64,000 nucleotides of DNA. Source: the human T2T-CHM13v2.0 reference genome, Homo sapiens. The stretch lies in the NCBI RefSeq assembly GCF_009914755.1, contig NC_060941.1. One strand, written 5' to 3'. The notes below the pieces were generated by a model. It was not told the DNA's origin, searched no databases, and saw only the letters and a program-made list of their open reading frames with translations. Shown here in pieces: positions 41,423-56,380 of the stretch. Numbering within the stretch: the stretch's first letter is position 1; each line of letters starts with the position of its first letter. The position numbers and the translations under genes are program-made.

Positions 41423-44260
41423 GCCTTATCTGGGCCTGGGATCTGTCCTCCGAACACTGGGTCCACTGTGCTCCACAAGGACTTTCACCCCGGAAGCCCT
41501 AGACCCACTTGGGCAACCAGAGTCTCTGGGTTGACCACTCCCCAGCCCTGGCCAGCCTCCTGGGCCACCGTATTCTCCCAACTTCCTGTTGTGCCACGGC
41601 TGGTCCAAGCTGCTCTTATCAGACAATGCGAGGCACTTCCACAGGAGGGGACAACCCCGTCCTTAGGAGCCCCTTCTCCCTGCCCCCAGGCCTGGTGCAG
41701 TGTGTGGCTTCCCTGCCGGTGTCAAAGGTCTCAAGGCCCCTTTAAGAAGCCTGTCACCACCACCAGCAGCTTCCGTTATCTGGTTCTTCTGTACATGTAA
41801 GCCTTTCCCATACACCCCGGATGCTGGCCGGGAGTGTGGGAAGAGGGCTTTATTTCAATGCTTGAGAGTAGGGTCAATGGCCAGGGTAAGCTGTGGGGGC
41901 TCCTCCCCGCCGGCCCCTCTCTGCAGCCCTCACCTTAACACAGAGCATCGATACCACCTGGGCTTTGGGAAGACCTGGAGGCTGACCACCCTGGAGGCTC
42001 CCAGCGTCCCACAGCCACTCTTTGGGGAAGAGGCTTCCTGAGGGACTTGTGGCCCTTGGCTGGGACTCTAGTCCCAGAGTTCTGCCTTCCGGCGCCGAGC
42101 TTTGATTTGTTTATTGAGTGCCAGCCCGGTTCCCGGACAGGTAGGGACCTGTTCCCGGAGCTCAGCAGAGCCTTGGGAAGCTTTCCCAGGAGGGCTCCCG
42201 AGGGTGGCGGCCATGCCCAGTCCGCTGTACGTGTGAGTTTGTTTGATGAGGAATTGGCTGGGAAGGCGCGGGTCTAATTACAGGCCCATGAGGGTCCCTC
42301 TCGCCCCCACCCAGGAAGCAGCGGAGATCCTGGCACACTCAGCACCTGGGCCTGTGCCTGCCCAGCTGCTGGTGGAATCATGGGAGCCTTGCTCCGGGGC
42401 CTGTAGAGCAGCAGTGGGAACCTTCCCCACCTCAGCCCCTTCCAGAGCTGGCTGTTCAAACTCGCCGCCGCTCAGCCTCTTCCTCCTCTCTTTCATCAAC
42501 CCTGGGAATCGCACACTGCCCACCCCACCGGGCCCCGGAGCGGGTGCAGGAAGAGAGAGCTTAACACCTAGAGGTCTGGGCCTTCTGCAGGCGCCTGAGC
42601 TGCTGTGGCCTGAGCTGGGTTCCCTGCTGGAACCATCACAGTAGACCTAATGATCTGCCTGCAGGAGTTGCTTCATCCCAGCCGACTCCGGGGCTGCGGG
42701 AAGGGGCTGGGCCTTGGTTTTGCTGGGGGTGGGGGGTCAGTGCAAAGGGCCTGAAAAGTGGCAGAGGTGATGGCCCATCTGTCCTCCCCCTGGCCGGCCG
42801 GCCTAAACGCGATTGGCTCTCTTTCTTTTTTTTTTTTCCCTCCCTTTTCCCTATAAATAACACTAAATGCGATTTGTCAATGCATTCATTTGGGTTCAGT
42901 AGTTGGACCATGGGCAGAAGCACTCCAGATTTGTCACTATCCCTAAGCTAAGGGTGGGGAACACCCTCTGTGAGATCTTGGCTCCTGAGCGCCCAAGACT
43001 GCTCTTGGAACCCCAACTCTGGGTCGGCCTCAGGGGACTGACGTTGATGGAGTTGCTGACATTGACCTCCGGCCTCTGCATGGCCTTCAGGAAGGGGGCC
43101 CTTCGCTCTCTGTCCCGTCGAGCCTGGCTGGCAGCACTCCCTTCTCAGGCCTGTGCCCCCGGCAGGGCCTGCTGCCCCCGCCCTGCTCTGTGGGTGCCAG
43201 GCTCCAAGCACCAGGTGACTCGGTCACTGAATGGTCACTGAACAGTCATCCTTGCTGGTGTCCCCAGTGGAATGTGCATGGACGTCCTCCCTCCCCCAGA
43301 TCCTTGTCTTTTATCTCTCAGCCTTTGTTCCAGGGGCCACCACAGGACCAGGAGGTACGCAGACGTGGGTGGCACATCCACTGGGCAGATTCAGCCCTGA
43401 ACCTGCACGCCCCCTCCAAGGGGGCCCCCAGTGGGCGGGGTTGATGGTGCCGTCTCTCTCTCTGTCACTAGAACGGACATGAGGATTGTGTCTTGTCGAT
43501 CCACGTCCTGAGTTCCCAGACGTCATAGGTGCTTGCTCAACGAGTGTTTGAATGAATGGTCAGCATTGTGTGACCGCAGATTTTCAACTTTTATCCAAAT
43601 AGTTTGTGGTTTCTGTGAGGCTAGCCCGAGACAGTCTCATAAGAATCTCCATTCTCCCTGCACGCTCCGCACAAGGTCTCCTTGGGGGGTTTTTCAGAAA
43701 AAGGGCCAAAGAGCAGCATTTCCTCGGGGATTTGAACACGCTCTCCCCCGGGGCAGGGGACTGCCCTGGAAGATTCCTGGCACCGCTTCCCATGCGCCAC
43801 GTGACTAGGAGGGTCTTGGGGCAGGATGGTGTCTTTTGTGCCTTGTGTGCTGGGGCCGGAGGAAACACTGCCCGTGGCCGGTGTCATCTGCCAGCCCTGA
43901 AGACTAATGATGGGCTGGACAGTGGCCCCATTGAGTGGGAGGGAGAATCGCTGCTGTCTGTAGCTGGGGGGCCGGGCGGGTGGGAGCCGAGGCCAGGGAG
44001 AACAGCGCAGACCTGGCACGGAGAGGCCTGGAGGAGGAGCAGGGGGTCTCAGCCACCCAGGGTGCAGGGACGCCACACGAGGAGCAGGTGTGGTGTGCGT
44101 CCTCCTGCGGGTTCTCCACCTCTTGGCTTCGTTACCTGCACTAGGCTTTGTGGTGAGAGGGCACAGAGTGGAGGAAGGTGCCGTGGCTAGGGCAGGCCAC
44201 ACGCTGTGCTAATGGATTGCTGTTACCTGTCGCCTCTGTGGTTTTGCTGTCAGGATCCTC

Positions 44261-44652
44261 CAGCACCAGGTCCCCACCACCAGGTATGGGCCCCACAGGC
44301 ACTACTGGCTCCCCGAAGCCAGGGACAGACCCCATAGACAATACTGAGTCCCTGCAGCCAGGGATGGGCCCCCACGGCCAGTACCAGGTCTCAGGGACCA
44401 GCACCGGGTACCCACAGCCAGGGACGGGCCCCCATGGCCAGTACCAGGTCTCAGGGACCAGCACCGGGTACCCACAGCCAGGGACGGGTCCCCATGGCCA
44501 GTACCAGGTCTCAGGGACCAGCGCTGGGTCCCCACAGCCAAGGACAAGTCCCCACGGCCAATACCAGATCTCAGTGACCAGCACTAGATGTCCACAGCCA
44601 GAGATGGGCCCCTATGGCCAGTACCAGGTCTCAGGGACCAGCGCTGGGACCC
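44261..44652. repeat. GC-rich minisatellite: five 60-bp units preceded by ~39-bp degenerate units
   Basis: Lines 44341-44640 align in register (cagccagggacgggcccccatggccagtaccaggtctcagggaccagcaccgggtaccca). Confidence 0.97.
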
Positions 44653-46199
44653 TGGATGACTGAAGGAGGGCACGGTTGACTAAAGCTGCAGGAGCCAGCC
44701 TGGCCATCCTGAGGCACTAAGCCATCACTGCGGTCTCAGGGGACTCAGACTCCTCTACTTGTCTTCTTGAATTCTGGAATCAGACACACCTGGGTCCAGC
44801 CTTTGCCCCCGGGGCTGTGTGCCTGGGATGGTTGCCTCACCTCCCTGAAGCTCAGTGAGATGGGGACGGCTGCACAGGGCCCGGCACAGATGGCACCCGA
44901 TGGCACAGGGTCACCTGCTTGCATCCATACAGCCTCGGCCCTCGCTCTGGCTGCGTACCGAGAGTCCCATGCCCAGACCTCTGCTGAGTCTCCAAGCTCC
45001 TGGTCATGCCTCAGGCCTCCCGTGAGAAGCATCACTGCATGGACCATGCCTCGGGACCTCACCTTGGGCTGGGAAGCTTGCTCCATCTCCCCAAGTCTCC
45101 CCTAGAGGCGCCCCATGTCCCATCACTCTCACTGCTTGAGGGGTCAGATAGGGGAACCCAGTGTGGGAGGCCCAGAGGTGCCGGAGCAGACGTTAAGCGA
45201 GTTCCGTGTTTATGCGCTGGGCCTTGGCAGACACCCTGAATGAGCCTCTTCCCCAGGAAGGAGATTGGGGTCCCAGTCCAAGTTGTGGCCTCAAACCCTG
45301 TGACCAAGAGTGGAGAAAAGGCAAGACCCTTCCTCCCAGTCTTCCAGAACAGCCGATAGTGGTGGAAACATGGGGTTCACACTGAATTTCCTTGTAACTT
45401 GTTGAAGAGAATTTAGCCCACATTTTCAGGGGTGGAGGTCTGGCCGATTTGGCAGTGTGCCCGTCCCCCTGGCCACAGTTTACTCTGGACCAGGCACCCT
45501 GGTGCCCTCCCTCAGTGACGCAGTGAAGTCACTATGACGTGTTTAGTTGGTGAGAAAGTGCCTCCTGTAATGTTTTACTCTTCTTAGAGGGTGAATAAGC
45601 CTTGTTTATTATAAATAATTATTTACAGAATACATGAGGTTTAACCTAACTCTGGGCCACGGCAGCGTCCCCTGGGTAAACCCACGCGCCACCCTAGCTA
45701 GAGCCTGTGCCCCCACAGGCTTCCTGGACTCACCCTGAAGGGGGGCTGGATTTTCTGCCTGTCCCGATGAGAGGGCTGCAGGACAGTCCCCAGCGAGCCC
45801 TTCTGAGGGCTGTAACCTCTTCCCCTGGTATTTTCCTGCTCGCCAGGAATGTTTCAAGCTTCCAGCAGAAGCCTACCCACCATAGTCGCTTTCCACCCTG
45901 CTCACCATCCCTCCTGCCCTCACTCATTCAGCAGACCCCGTGCACAGCCCAGTGCAGGACTCAGGGTGGGAAGGTGTCCCGGGTGGGCTGGAGCAAGGTT
46001 CCCAGCCAGGGCGGGGTCCCAAGGTGGGTCCACAGCCGGGACTGTGATTTGGGAGGCCCCTCCCTGCCTTGTTCCAGCCCCGGCACCGCCGCTGTCCTTG
46101 TGCTCAGTGGAGACTCACTGGCTCCAGGCTCTAAAACCTCAGCGAGGTCTGCAGACAGGGAGGAGCCCCACTCGAGGATAGAGTGACTGCCGGGTCCAT

Positions 46200-46380
46200 T
46201 TGCCTGTTACGAACCACGTGGCCTCAGACCTGCCATTCCTCCTCTCCTAGAGCTATGGTCTTTTGTCTGAAAAATGGATAATGATGGTTACCATGTCAGG
46301 GACCATTTTGAGGACAAACGGAGATGAAACTGAAGAGGCTCAGCACGGAACCTGGACACAGAAGTGCTAATTGTGTGTTA
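46200..46380 (+). mobile_element. MIR
   Basis: tctgaaaaatggataatgatggttacc...gctcagcacggaacctggacacagaagtgct. Confidence 0.55.
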
Positions 46381-47236
46381 CCAGCTGCGGTGGCTGCCAA
46401 GGCCCAACCACATGGCAGCCACGGGCTGAGTGGCGGGCGGGAAGTGGGGAGCAGGAGCATGCAAGATGGGCATTCCTGAAGTTTCTGATCCAGTGAGATA
46501 AGTACACACCCAGCTCTAAGATGGAGTGTCCCAGGAAAGTGGAGACTGCAAAGGCCTTGTGGCGCAGGAGTGTGAGCTGCACCTCTGGGCTCTCTAGAAT
46601 TTCACCAGAGCTCAGGGAGGAGGTCAGCTCAGATATAGGGGCAACGGGAGAGATGGGAGTGAGAAAATGGCTTGGCGTCTGGAAGTGGAGCCTGGAAAGG
46701 TGGGTGTGGGGACAGAGGAGGGCCTTGGGGGCCATGGGCCCATGCGTCCAGGAGGTGGAGGCAGTGAACGGGGCCACGGTCGGCCCCACACGTGGCACCA
46801 CCAGCCCTGCTGAGCCTGCACCTGCTCCTCAGGCCCCCTGAGTGCCACTACCACCTGGCACCCCTTGGTCTGATTCCTGCTTCCTGCCCGCCTGGGAAGA
46901 GTGAGACCACTTGCCTAAAGTCCCTTAGCTGTCCTTAACCATTCTGGCTGCCTCCTGGCCCTGTCCAGGGTTAGCCGTTGACCTGAACTGCCTGGTGCCA
47001 CCTCCCCAGACTCCTGGGGCCTTGCCCTGGCACCAACAGCCACCTCCATCTTCATCATTCACTCGCACATTCACCCAGCAGTGCTTTTTGGGCATCCACT
47101 CAGCAATATCAAGGCGCTGAGATGCGGCTGTGGTTAAGACCCGGGCCCGGTCTGTGAGGACCTCGCAGTTGCCATTTCCCCAGAGCACAGCCCCAGCCAG
47201 GCACATTGTGGGGTCCAGAAAGAGAAACTAATACAT

Positions 47237-47871
47237 TGTGTTCGTCCATTTTGAGTTGCTATAAAGGAATAGCCGAGGCTGGGGGGTTATTTGACTCACG
47301 GTTCTGCAGGCTGTACAAGTGGTGCCAGCATCTGCTTGGCTTCTGGGGAGGCCCCAGGAAGCTTTTCCTCATGGTAGAAGGTGAAGGGGGAGCTGGCACG
47401 TCACATGGCGAGAGAGAGAACTCCCAGACTCTTTTTTTTTTTGAAATGGAGTCTCGCTCTGTCAGCCAGGCTGGAGTGCAGTGGCACAATCCTCGGCTCA
47501 CTGCAACCTCAGCCTCCTGAGTAGCTGGGATTACAGGCGCATGCCACCGCGCCCGGCTAATTTTTTTGTATTTTTACTAGAGATGGGGTTTCACCATGTT
47601 GGTCGGGCTGGTCCCAAACTCCTAACCTTGTGATCCACCCACCTTGGCCTCCCAAAGTGCTGGGATTACAGGTGTGAGCCACCTCACCCAGCCCTCCCAG
47701 ACTCTATAGCAATCAGATCTCCCGGACTTTGTGACCGTGGGGAGGGCACCAAACCATCCATGAGGGATCCACCCCCATGACCCAAGCCCCACCCCCCCCA
47801 GGCCTTACCTCCAACATCAGGGATCACATTTCAGCATGAGATTTGGAGGGGACAACATCCAAACCATATCA
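47237..47871 (-). mobile_element. MSTB-like MaLR solo LTR split by an Alu
   Basis: gttgctataaaggaata...ctcacggttctgcaggctgtacaag...catgagatttggaggggacaacatccaaaccatatca. Confidence 0.88.
47432..47693 (-). mobile_element. AluS with a ~30-bp internal deletion
   Basis: Antisense Alu; TSD ctcccagactct. Confidence 0.93.
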
Positions 47872-48691
47872 CACGTGACCTCTCTGTGCGTGCGTCAGTT
47901 TCTACATCTGGTTAAGCAGTAGAAGCTCCTTCTCTGTTCCTTGTTGAGAGAGCAGTGGGGGAGAAATGACTCAGGGATGGGAGGCTGGTCCCCCGAGGGG
48001 CCCTGGTGTTTGTGGAGTGGGAGTGCGGGAAGGCCCCCACGTTGTGTGTGCCGTGCTGGGCTGGCTCCTCACAGCTCACCGTGGTGCTCCCCGAGGACTG
48101 CTGGGGAGGAAAGAGCTAATTAACTTGGGGACCCAACTGCTGAAGTTATCATTAAACTTGAGCAGTCCAGGGGCCCCTCTCCTTCTGGGTCCTATGTCAC
48201 CCAGCACAGTGGGGCTTAATTGAATTTTTTCTCATCCCCCAAGGCTCCTGGCTGGCGTGGCTGGGGTTTGGGATATGGGGAGCGAGAGGGCTTGGGCCTC
48301 TTCCAGATTTGGAGTGGGTCCACCAGAAATGGCCCAGGAAACCGCGGGGGCCACCCCCAGCAGCTGGGGGCTCCTGTGGTCATTTCCTCTTGGTCCTGTT
48401 GAGCAGCCCTGGCCCCTGGAGCCCTCAGCAAGGGATGTGGGGGCCTGCCAGGCCGGGGTCCTCACTGCTGCCGCTATGCACAGCTGCATCTTGCATCCGG
48501 GGAGTGGGGTGCCGAGTGGGGTGTTTGGGAGGCAGGTTTTCCCTTGTCCCTTCTGCCCAGAGACCTTGGGGATGAGTTGAGTGAGACCCTTCCGGCTTCT
48601 GACTGGCTGTGTTTCTGTTGCCATCCCCCACTCCTTTTAAGTGGAGGTTTATGACTTCCTTCTTTATTTAAAAGGGTCATTTAGTGACTTA

Positions 48692-49151
<460 letters not shown>

Positions 49152-49960
49152 CTACAGAATTGAAGGAGGGGACACATGAAAGATGTTCCTAGACTCGGGC
49201 TGGAGGCTGGGGACATCCGAGGGCAAGGACGACGCTGTCCCTGCTCTTGTTTGCAGAGGAGTGCACAGGGCTCACCAGCTTCTTGTTGCTGTTTAAGTGA
49301 TAGCTTTATGGAGATAGAATTCACATACTGTGACGTTGACCTTTTTAAAATCTACAGTTCAATGGTTTTGCTGTATTCACAAAGTGATTGTATTAGGGTC
49401 ATCCAGAGAAACAGAACCAATAGAAGGTGTGTACATGTGTTTAGATAAAGAGATTTATTATTATGAGGAGTTGGCTCACCTCATTACAGAGGTTGGCAAG
49501 TGCCAAGATTGGCAGAGTAAATCAGCAGGCTGGAGACACGGGAGAGCCCATGTTGCGGCTCTGGTGTCCCCCTGAAGGCCCAAGACCCAGGAGAGCCAAT
49601 GGCGTCGTTCCAGTCCCGAGACCCAGGAAAAGCGCATGTGTCAGTTTGAGTCTGAAGCAGGAAAAATCTGATGTTCCAGGTTGAAGGCGGTTAAGCGGGA
49701 AGAATTCTCTCTCACTCAGGCCTTGTGTCCTCCTATTCAGACCTTCAGGCCTTTGTCACAAAATTACAAAGACCTGATCAGAACAAAATCTGAGAAAAAA
49801 CCCTTTCCTTCTATCGGTTTTGGATTCATTGGCTGGGACCCTGGAAATTAGACTGACAGAGAGATTAACAGGAAACAAGCATAACAATTCAAGTAAGTTT
49901 TACTTGACACCGAGCCTTCATAAGGAAATGAAGACCCAGAGAAACCGTTAGCCTGAGCGG

Positions 49961-50661
<701 letters not shown>

Positions 50662-51261
50662 TAGGCCTGAGCGTTTTTATGCTGGGTTTGATGAAGAGTG
50701 GAAAGTCGTGGGAAACTGTGACAGAGCAACAAAAGATGAGCTGAACAGTGAGCCCGTGGGGGTCTCGGCAAGACCTGTGTACTGGGGCCCCTCTCAGATC
50801 CTCTGTCTCTGGAGATGAGGCTGTTCCTTTCCGCTGGGTGTAGGGAGGGCACCTCTTACGTGAGGGGCTTATGATCTACTTCAGAGAAGGGGCAGGTCAG
50901 TGAGTTCTTCTTGGACCTGCCATTTCTTAAATTCCTTCAGCTGAAAATATTTACTATGCCAAGGCACTGTATCTTGGAGTGTGCGTTCCAAGCCCTGTTG
51001 CCTTCAACTGATCGGGTGAGGCCCACCCCCATCAGAGCACACAGTCTGCTTTACCCAGGCTCCTGATTGCACCCTTTTCCTGTTTGCCCCGAGAATACTC
51101 ACCAGCAGTGCTTGTGGCTGCAGCGTTCACCCCAAGATAAATTTGCCGGGAAGTATCTTGCTTTTATTATTATTTTCACATCACTCTAGTATATCGACTT
51201 TGGAAACAAAAGACATCATTCTGTTTATAGCATTCCATTTTTAGTAGTGGTATTTCCTTTA

Positions 51262-52096
<835 letters not shown>

Positions 52097-52288
52097 AGTT
52101 TTTATATTTAATTTTCACACAGAGCATCCAGTCAGATTTGCTTCAGCCTCAAAGAGCGTGTTTATGTAAAATTAAGTGAGTGCTGGCAGTGAGCTGAACT
52201 TTTCTAAAAGGTAAAAGGGTTAAATATTAAACTCATCCAAAAACACCTTCACAGACACACTCAGAATAATGTTTGACCGGTTACCTAG

Positions 52289-52612
<324 letters not shown>

Positions 52613-53774
52613 TGACACAGGAAATTAACCATCACAGTTACACAGCCATCGCCATTAATCCCAGCACATTTCATCATCCCCAAAAGAGACCCTGCCCCCA
52701 TTAGCCAATCCCCATTCCCAACTCCGGGCTCTCAGCCCCTAGCCACCGCTCATCTGCCTTCGTCTCTATGAATTCACCTGTTCTAGATAGTTTGTATAAG
52801 TGGAATCGTACAGTATGTGGCCTTGGTGTCTGGCTCCTTTCACTTGGTAGAATATTTTCAAGGCTCATCCACATTGTAGCAGGTGCTGGTGCTTCATTCT
52901 TTTTCATGGCCGAATAATATTCCATCGTGGATAGACCACACTGTGTATCTCTTCATCTGCTGATGGACATTTGGGTTGTTTCTGCTTTTTGGCATAATTC
53001 TGTTGTGAAGAATTCTGCAGTGAGTGCTGGTCTACAGGTTTTTGTGTGAACATGTTTTCATTTCTCTTGGGTAATTGCAAGATCATGTGGTTTAGCCAAC
53101 CAGCCTTTAAGCCATGTGTCTGCTGAGGGACCCAGGCCTGGTGGGGGTGCATTGCTGTGCTTGGCCAGCCAGGTGCTGCGAGTCCGTGTCGCAGCCATTT
53201 CTCTGTGCTGTGCTCTGAGGTTGTCTCGCCGGCACCGGGCACTGTGAGCCCCAGGAGGCCAAAGCCCCCTTTGTTTTATCTTGAGTCCAGGCCTCGCTCC
53301 ATGAACTAGGATGAATGGACATTGAATCAACGCAGGGATGGGTGGGGCTGGGGTGGGGACGCAGAGTGGCCCCGGGGGCCTGCAGCTGGGTCCTGGCTGC
53401 TGACTTCCAGTTTCCTTTGCCTGTTGGAGCCCAGAACAAGTCAGAAAGGGGAAATGCAAAGTTCGAGTGTCTTTTCTGTGGTAGACTGGCAGGCCTGGGT
53501 GGGTGAGCCACTTGCAGCTAGTTGCAGCGTGAGAGAGGAAGTGGGAGGGGAGGGAGAGGGTGAGTTTGGTGTAACTCACCCCTGGAAGGAGGCTGGGCTG
53601 AGGCTGGGGGAAGTGACTTTTATTTTTCTGAGAGGATTCTTCCCTGGGGCCAACTTCAAACCAAGGGAGACAAGACCTTCCTGGGGGAGGCTGGAAGTGC
53701 TGGGGCCCCCAGGTGGGCAGGTCTCCCAGGGCCAACGTCTTGGGGAAGCTATAAGTTACCATGTTTCTGGACTG

Positions 53775-53775
<1 letters not shown>

Positions 53776-53807
<32 letters not shown>
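53776..53807. repeat. (CA)16 microsatellite
   Basis: Perfect dinucleotide run. Confidence 0.98.
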
Positions 53808-53808
<1 letters not shown>

Positions 53809-54714
53809 GTAAACTGTAACACAAATGTGTGCCCATGAAAGTGCCCACTTTAAACCACCACACAGCCTGTAAAGCGAAGGCCCTGGCCCGCATCTGGGCA
53901 CCCACTGCCCAGCCAGCCGGTAGGCAGTTTGCACTGTAGTCTGTTACCATCTCTCAGAGATGCAGCCGAGGAGCCCAGCTGGCTTGGAGGGCCCAGTGGG
54001 CGCAGCCTCAGGAAAGTGGTCAGGCCCGGGCCAGGCCCCTTCCCCCTCCCAGCCTTGGGAGAAATTACCATATGAATGTAGCTCCTTCCCGGAGTTCGGG
54101 CTGGAAGGGCCTGGGAGGGGACAGGCTCCCACCCCAGGAGCTTCCAGGTTCCGGCTGCTGCCTGTGTTAGCTGCGTGAGCGTGAGCGAGCCAGGGGTCAC
54201 TACTGGGTGGAAGGAAGAAGCGGGCATTTCTTCCAGGAGGTCACCGTTGGAGTCCCACAGTAGGTCAACCCCAGGCCCTGGGTCCTCGGGAGGAGGAGAA
54301 AGAAGAGAAGCAGGAGGTGTGGAGGGTGGGCCAGGACCAGAAGGCACACAGGGTCGGGGCAGTGTGGGAGACCCTGGGGGCTCCCTCATTTAACCAGCTA
54401 ACATCACAGCGTTCATAAGAACACGCTATTACTGCAGTTTTATTACTTTGCTCTGATTTCAGAAGGCACAACTGATGACTTTAGGGAACGGAGAATCTGA
54501 GGAAGGCCTCGCAGGAGAGGGTCAGATGCGATCGAGTAAATGTGAGCCGTCTGTAAACTGTAGAGTGCATGCACAGCACCGGTCAGCCCTGGGGTCAGTG
54601 TTCCCCTGGTGCTCAGCTCGGCCTCTGCACCTTTTAGTGCTCGGCTGGGCTCTGTGGGGGTCAGGGCTGGGTCTGGTACATTAGAGGACTTCTACCAAGC
54701 CCCTGGCAGTGTCT

Positions 54715-54756
54715 CAGTTACTAAATCCAGTTTGCCAGTTACTAAATCCGCTCTGC
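54715..54756. repeat. 21-bp tandem duplication
   Basis: cagttactaaatccagtttgc / cagttactaaatccgctctgc. Confidence 0.85.
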
Positions 54757-55683
54757 CGGTTCCCGAATCACTCTTCCGCTGGGGCCGGCCATGTCACGTC
54801 AGGCTTTTCATGCAGGACGGCAGATGGATAGACGCTGGGACCAAGTCATCCTTGGGCCGCGAGACGTCTGACCTTCTGCTGGTGTCTCAGAAGATGCTAG
54901 CTCTCCGTGGCATGTCTTCCACGCGGTGCTTGGGGACCAGTGGCCTCTAAGGGGCCCCCCTGCCTCAGCGTGGGGAGTGGCCTGGCCAAGGTCTCAGTGT
55001 CTGGTTGGAGCCAGGCATAGGCTCAGGTGTACTGGCTGGAGGCCTCCTGCCCATGGGCTCTGCCTGTCCTGTGTCCCTGGTCCTTACTGTGTCTTCTGTG
55101 TTCCTGGGAGAGACGCCAGGGGCCCTGAGCCCAGCACTGGGGTTGGGGAGTGGGCGGGGAAGAGGGTGGGGATTAGGGTCCCTGGCTGCAGAACAGCCAG
55201 GCCCCAAGTCCCCACTCCACTCCCCTCCCCACCGGGCGCCTCATCCCACACTGACCATTTCCTGAAGAAAATTTCCTGAACCGGCCTCCCACCCCGGCTG
55301 TCCCAGGAAGCCCATCCATCCTTCCGCCTTAATGCTTTGTGGCTCCAGAAGGATGGTGGAAGCCGGAAATCATGAGTCTCATTCACAGGCGGCCACACAC
55401 CGAAGCCGCGGAGACGCCGTGGGAAAGGACTCTGGCCAGCGCGGCCGGCACAGAGGGAGCGGTGTTACCGGGGTAGACGGGAACCGTGGCTGCCCCCATG
55501 CTGGTCTGGGAGAGACGAGGGGCCGGACGAAAGGACAGCAGACTGGCCATTCATTCATTTATTCATTCACTCATTCACAGCGTCTTACTGGGTGCTTCGG
55601 ACGTGTAAGGTTTTGTGGGTAGTGAATGCGACAGACCCCAGACAGCAATCGGAGGGCCACGTGTGTAAGAACTGAGGGACCTA

Positions 55684-56021
<338 letters not shown>

Positions 56022-56199
56022 CTATCCCGGGAAAACAAGTGGGAGTTCTAGGAACAGCATGGGGAAGGGATGGTCCCGGCAGGGAGGACCTCTGTGGGTA
56101 GCCTTGTTGGAAGAGCTGAAAGGCAGCCAGAGAGGCTGTGCGTGGATGGAAGCTGAAGAGTAGGTTAGGGGCGTGTGTTTTGTTAACAAAGACTTCAAG

Positions 56200-56380
56200 C
56201 ATTTACTGACCAGGCACAACACTATGTGCTTCATAAATAAATATCTCATTTGATCCCCAGCATTCTTATGAGACAGATGTTATTATCCCATTTCACATGT
56301 AAGAACATTGAGGCACAGAGTGGTTAAGTTACTTGCTCAGGGTCACACAGCACGTCGGTGGTAGGCAGGATTCTGGAGCC
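56200..56380 (-). mobile_element. MIR
   Basis: tattatcccatttcacatgtaagaacattgaggcacagagtggttaagttacttgctcagggtcacacagc. Confidence 0.8.

Noticed and set aside
44341-44652. CRISPR-like array
   Set aside because: Contiguous tandem units without unique spacers, in a primate genome; it is a minisatellite
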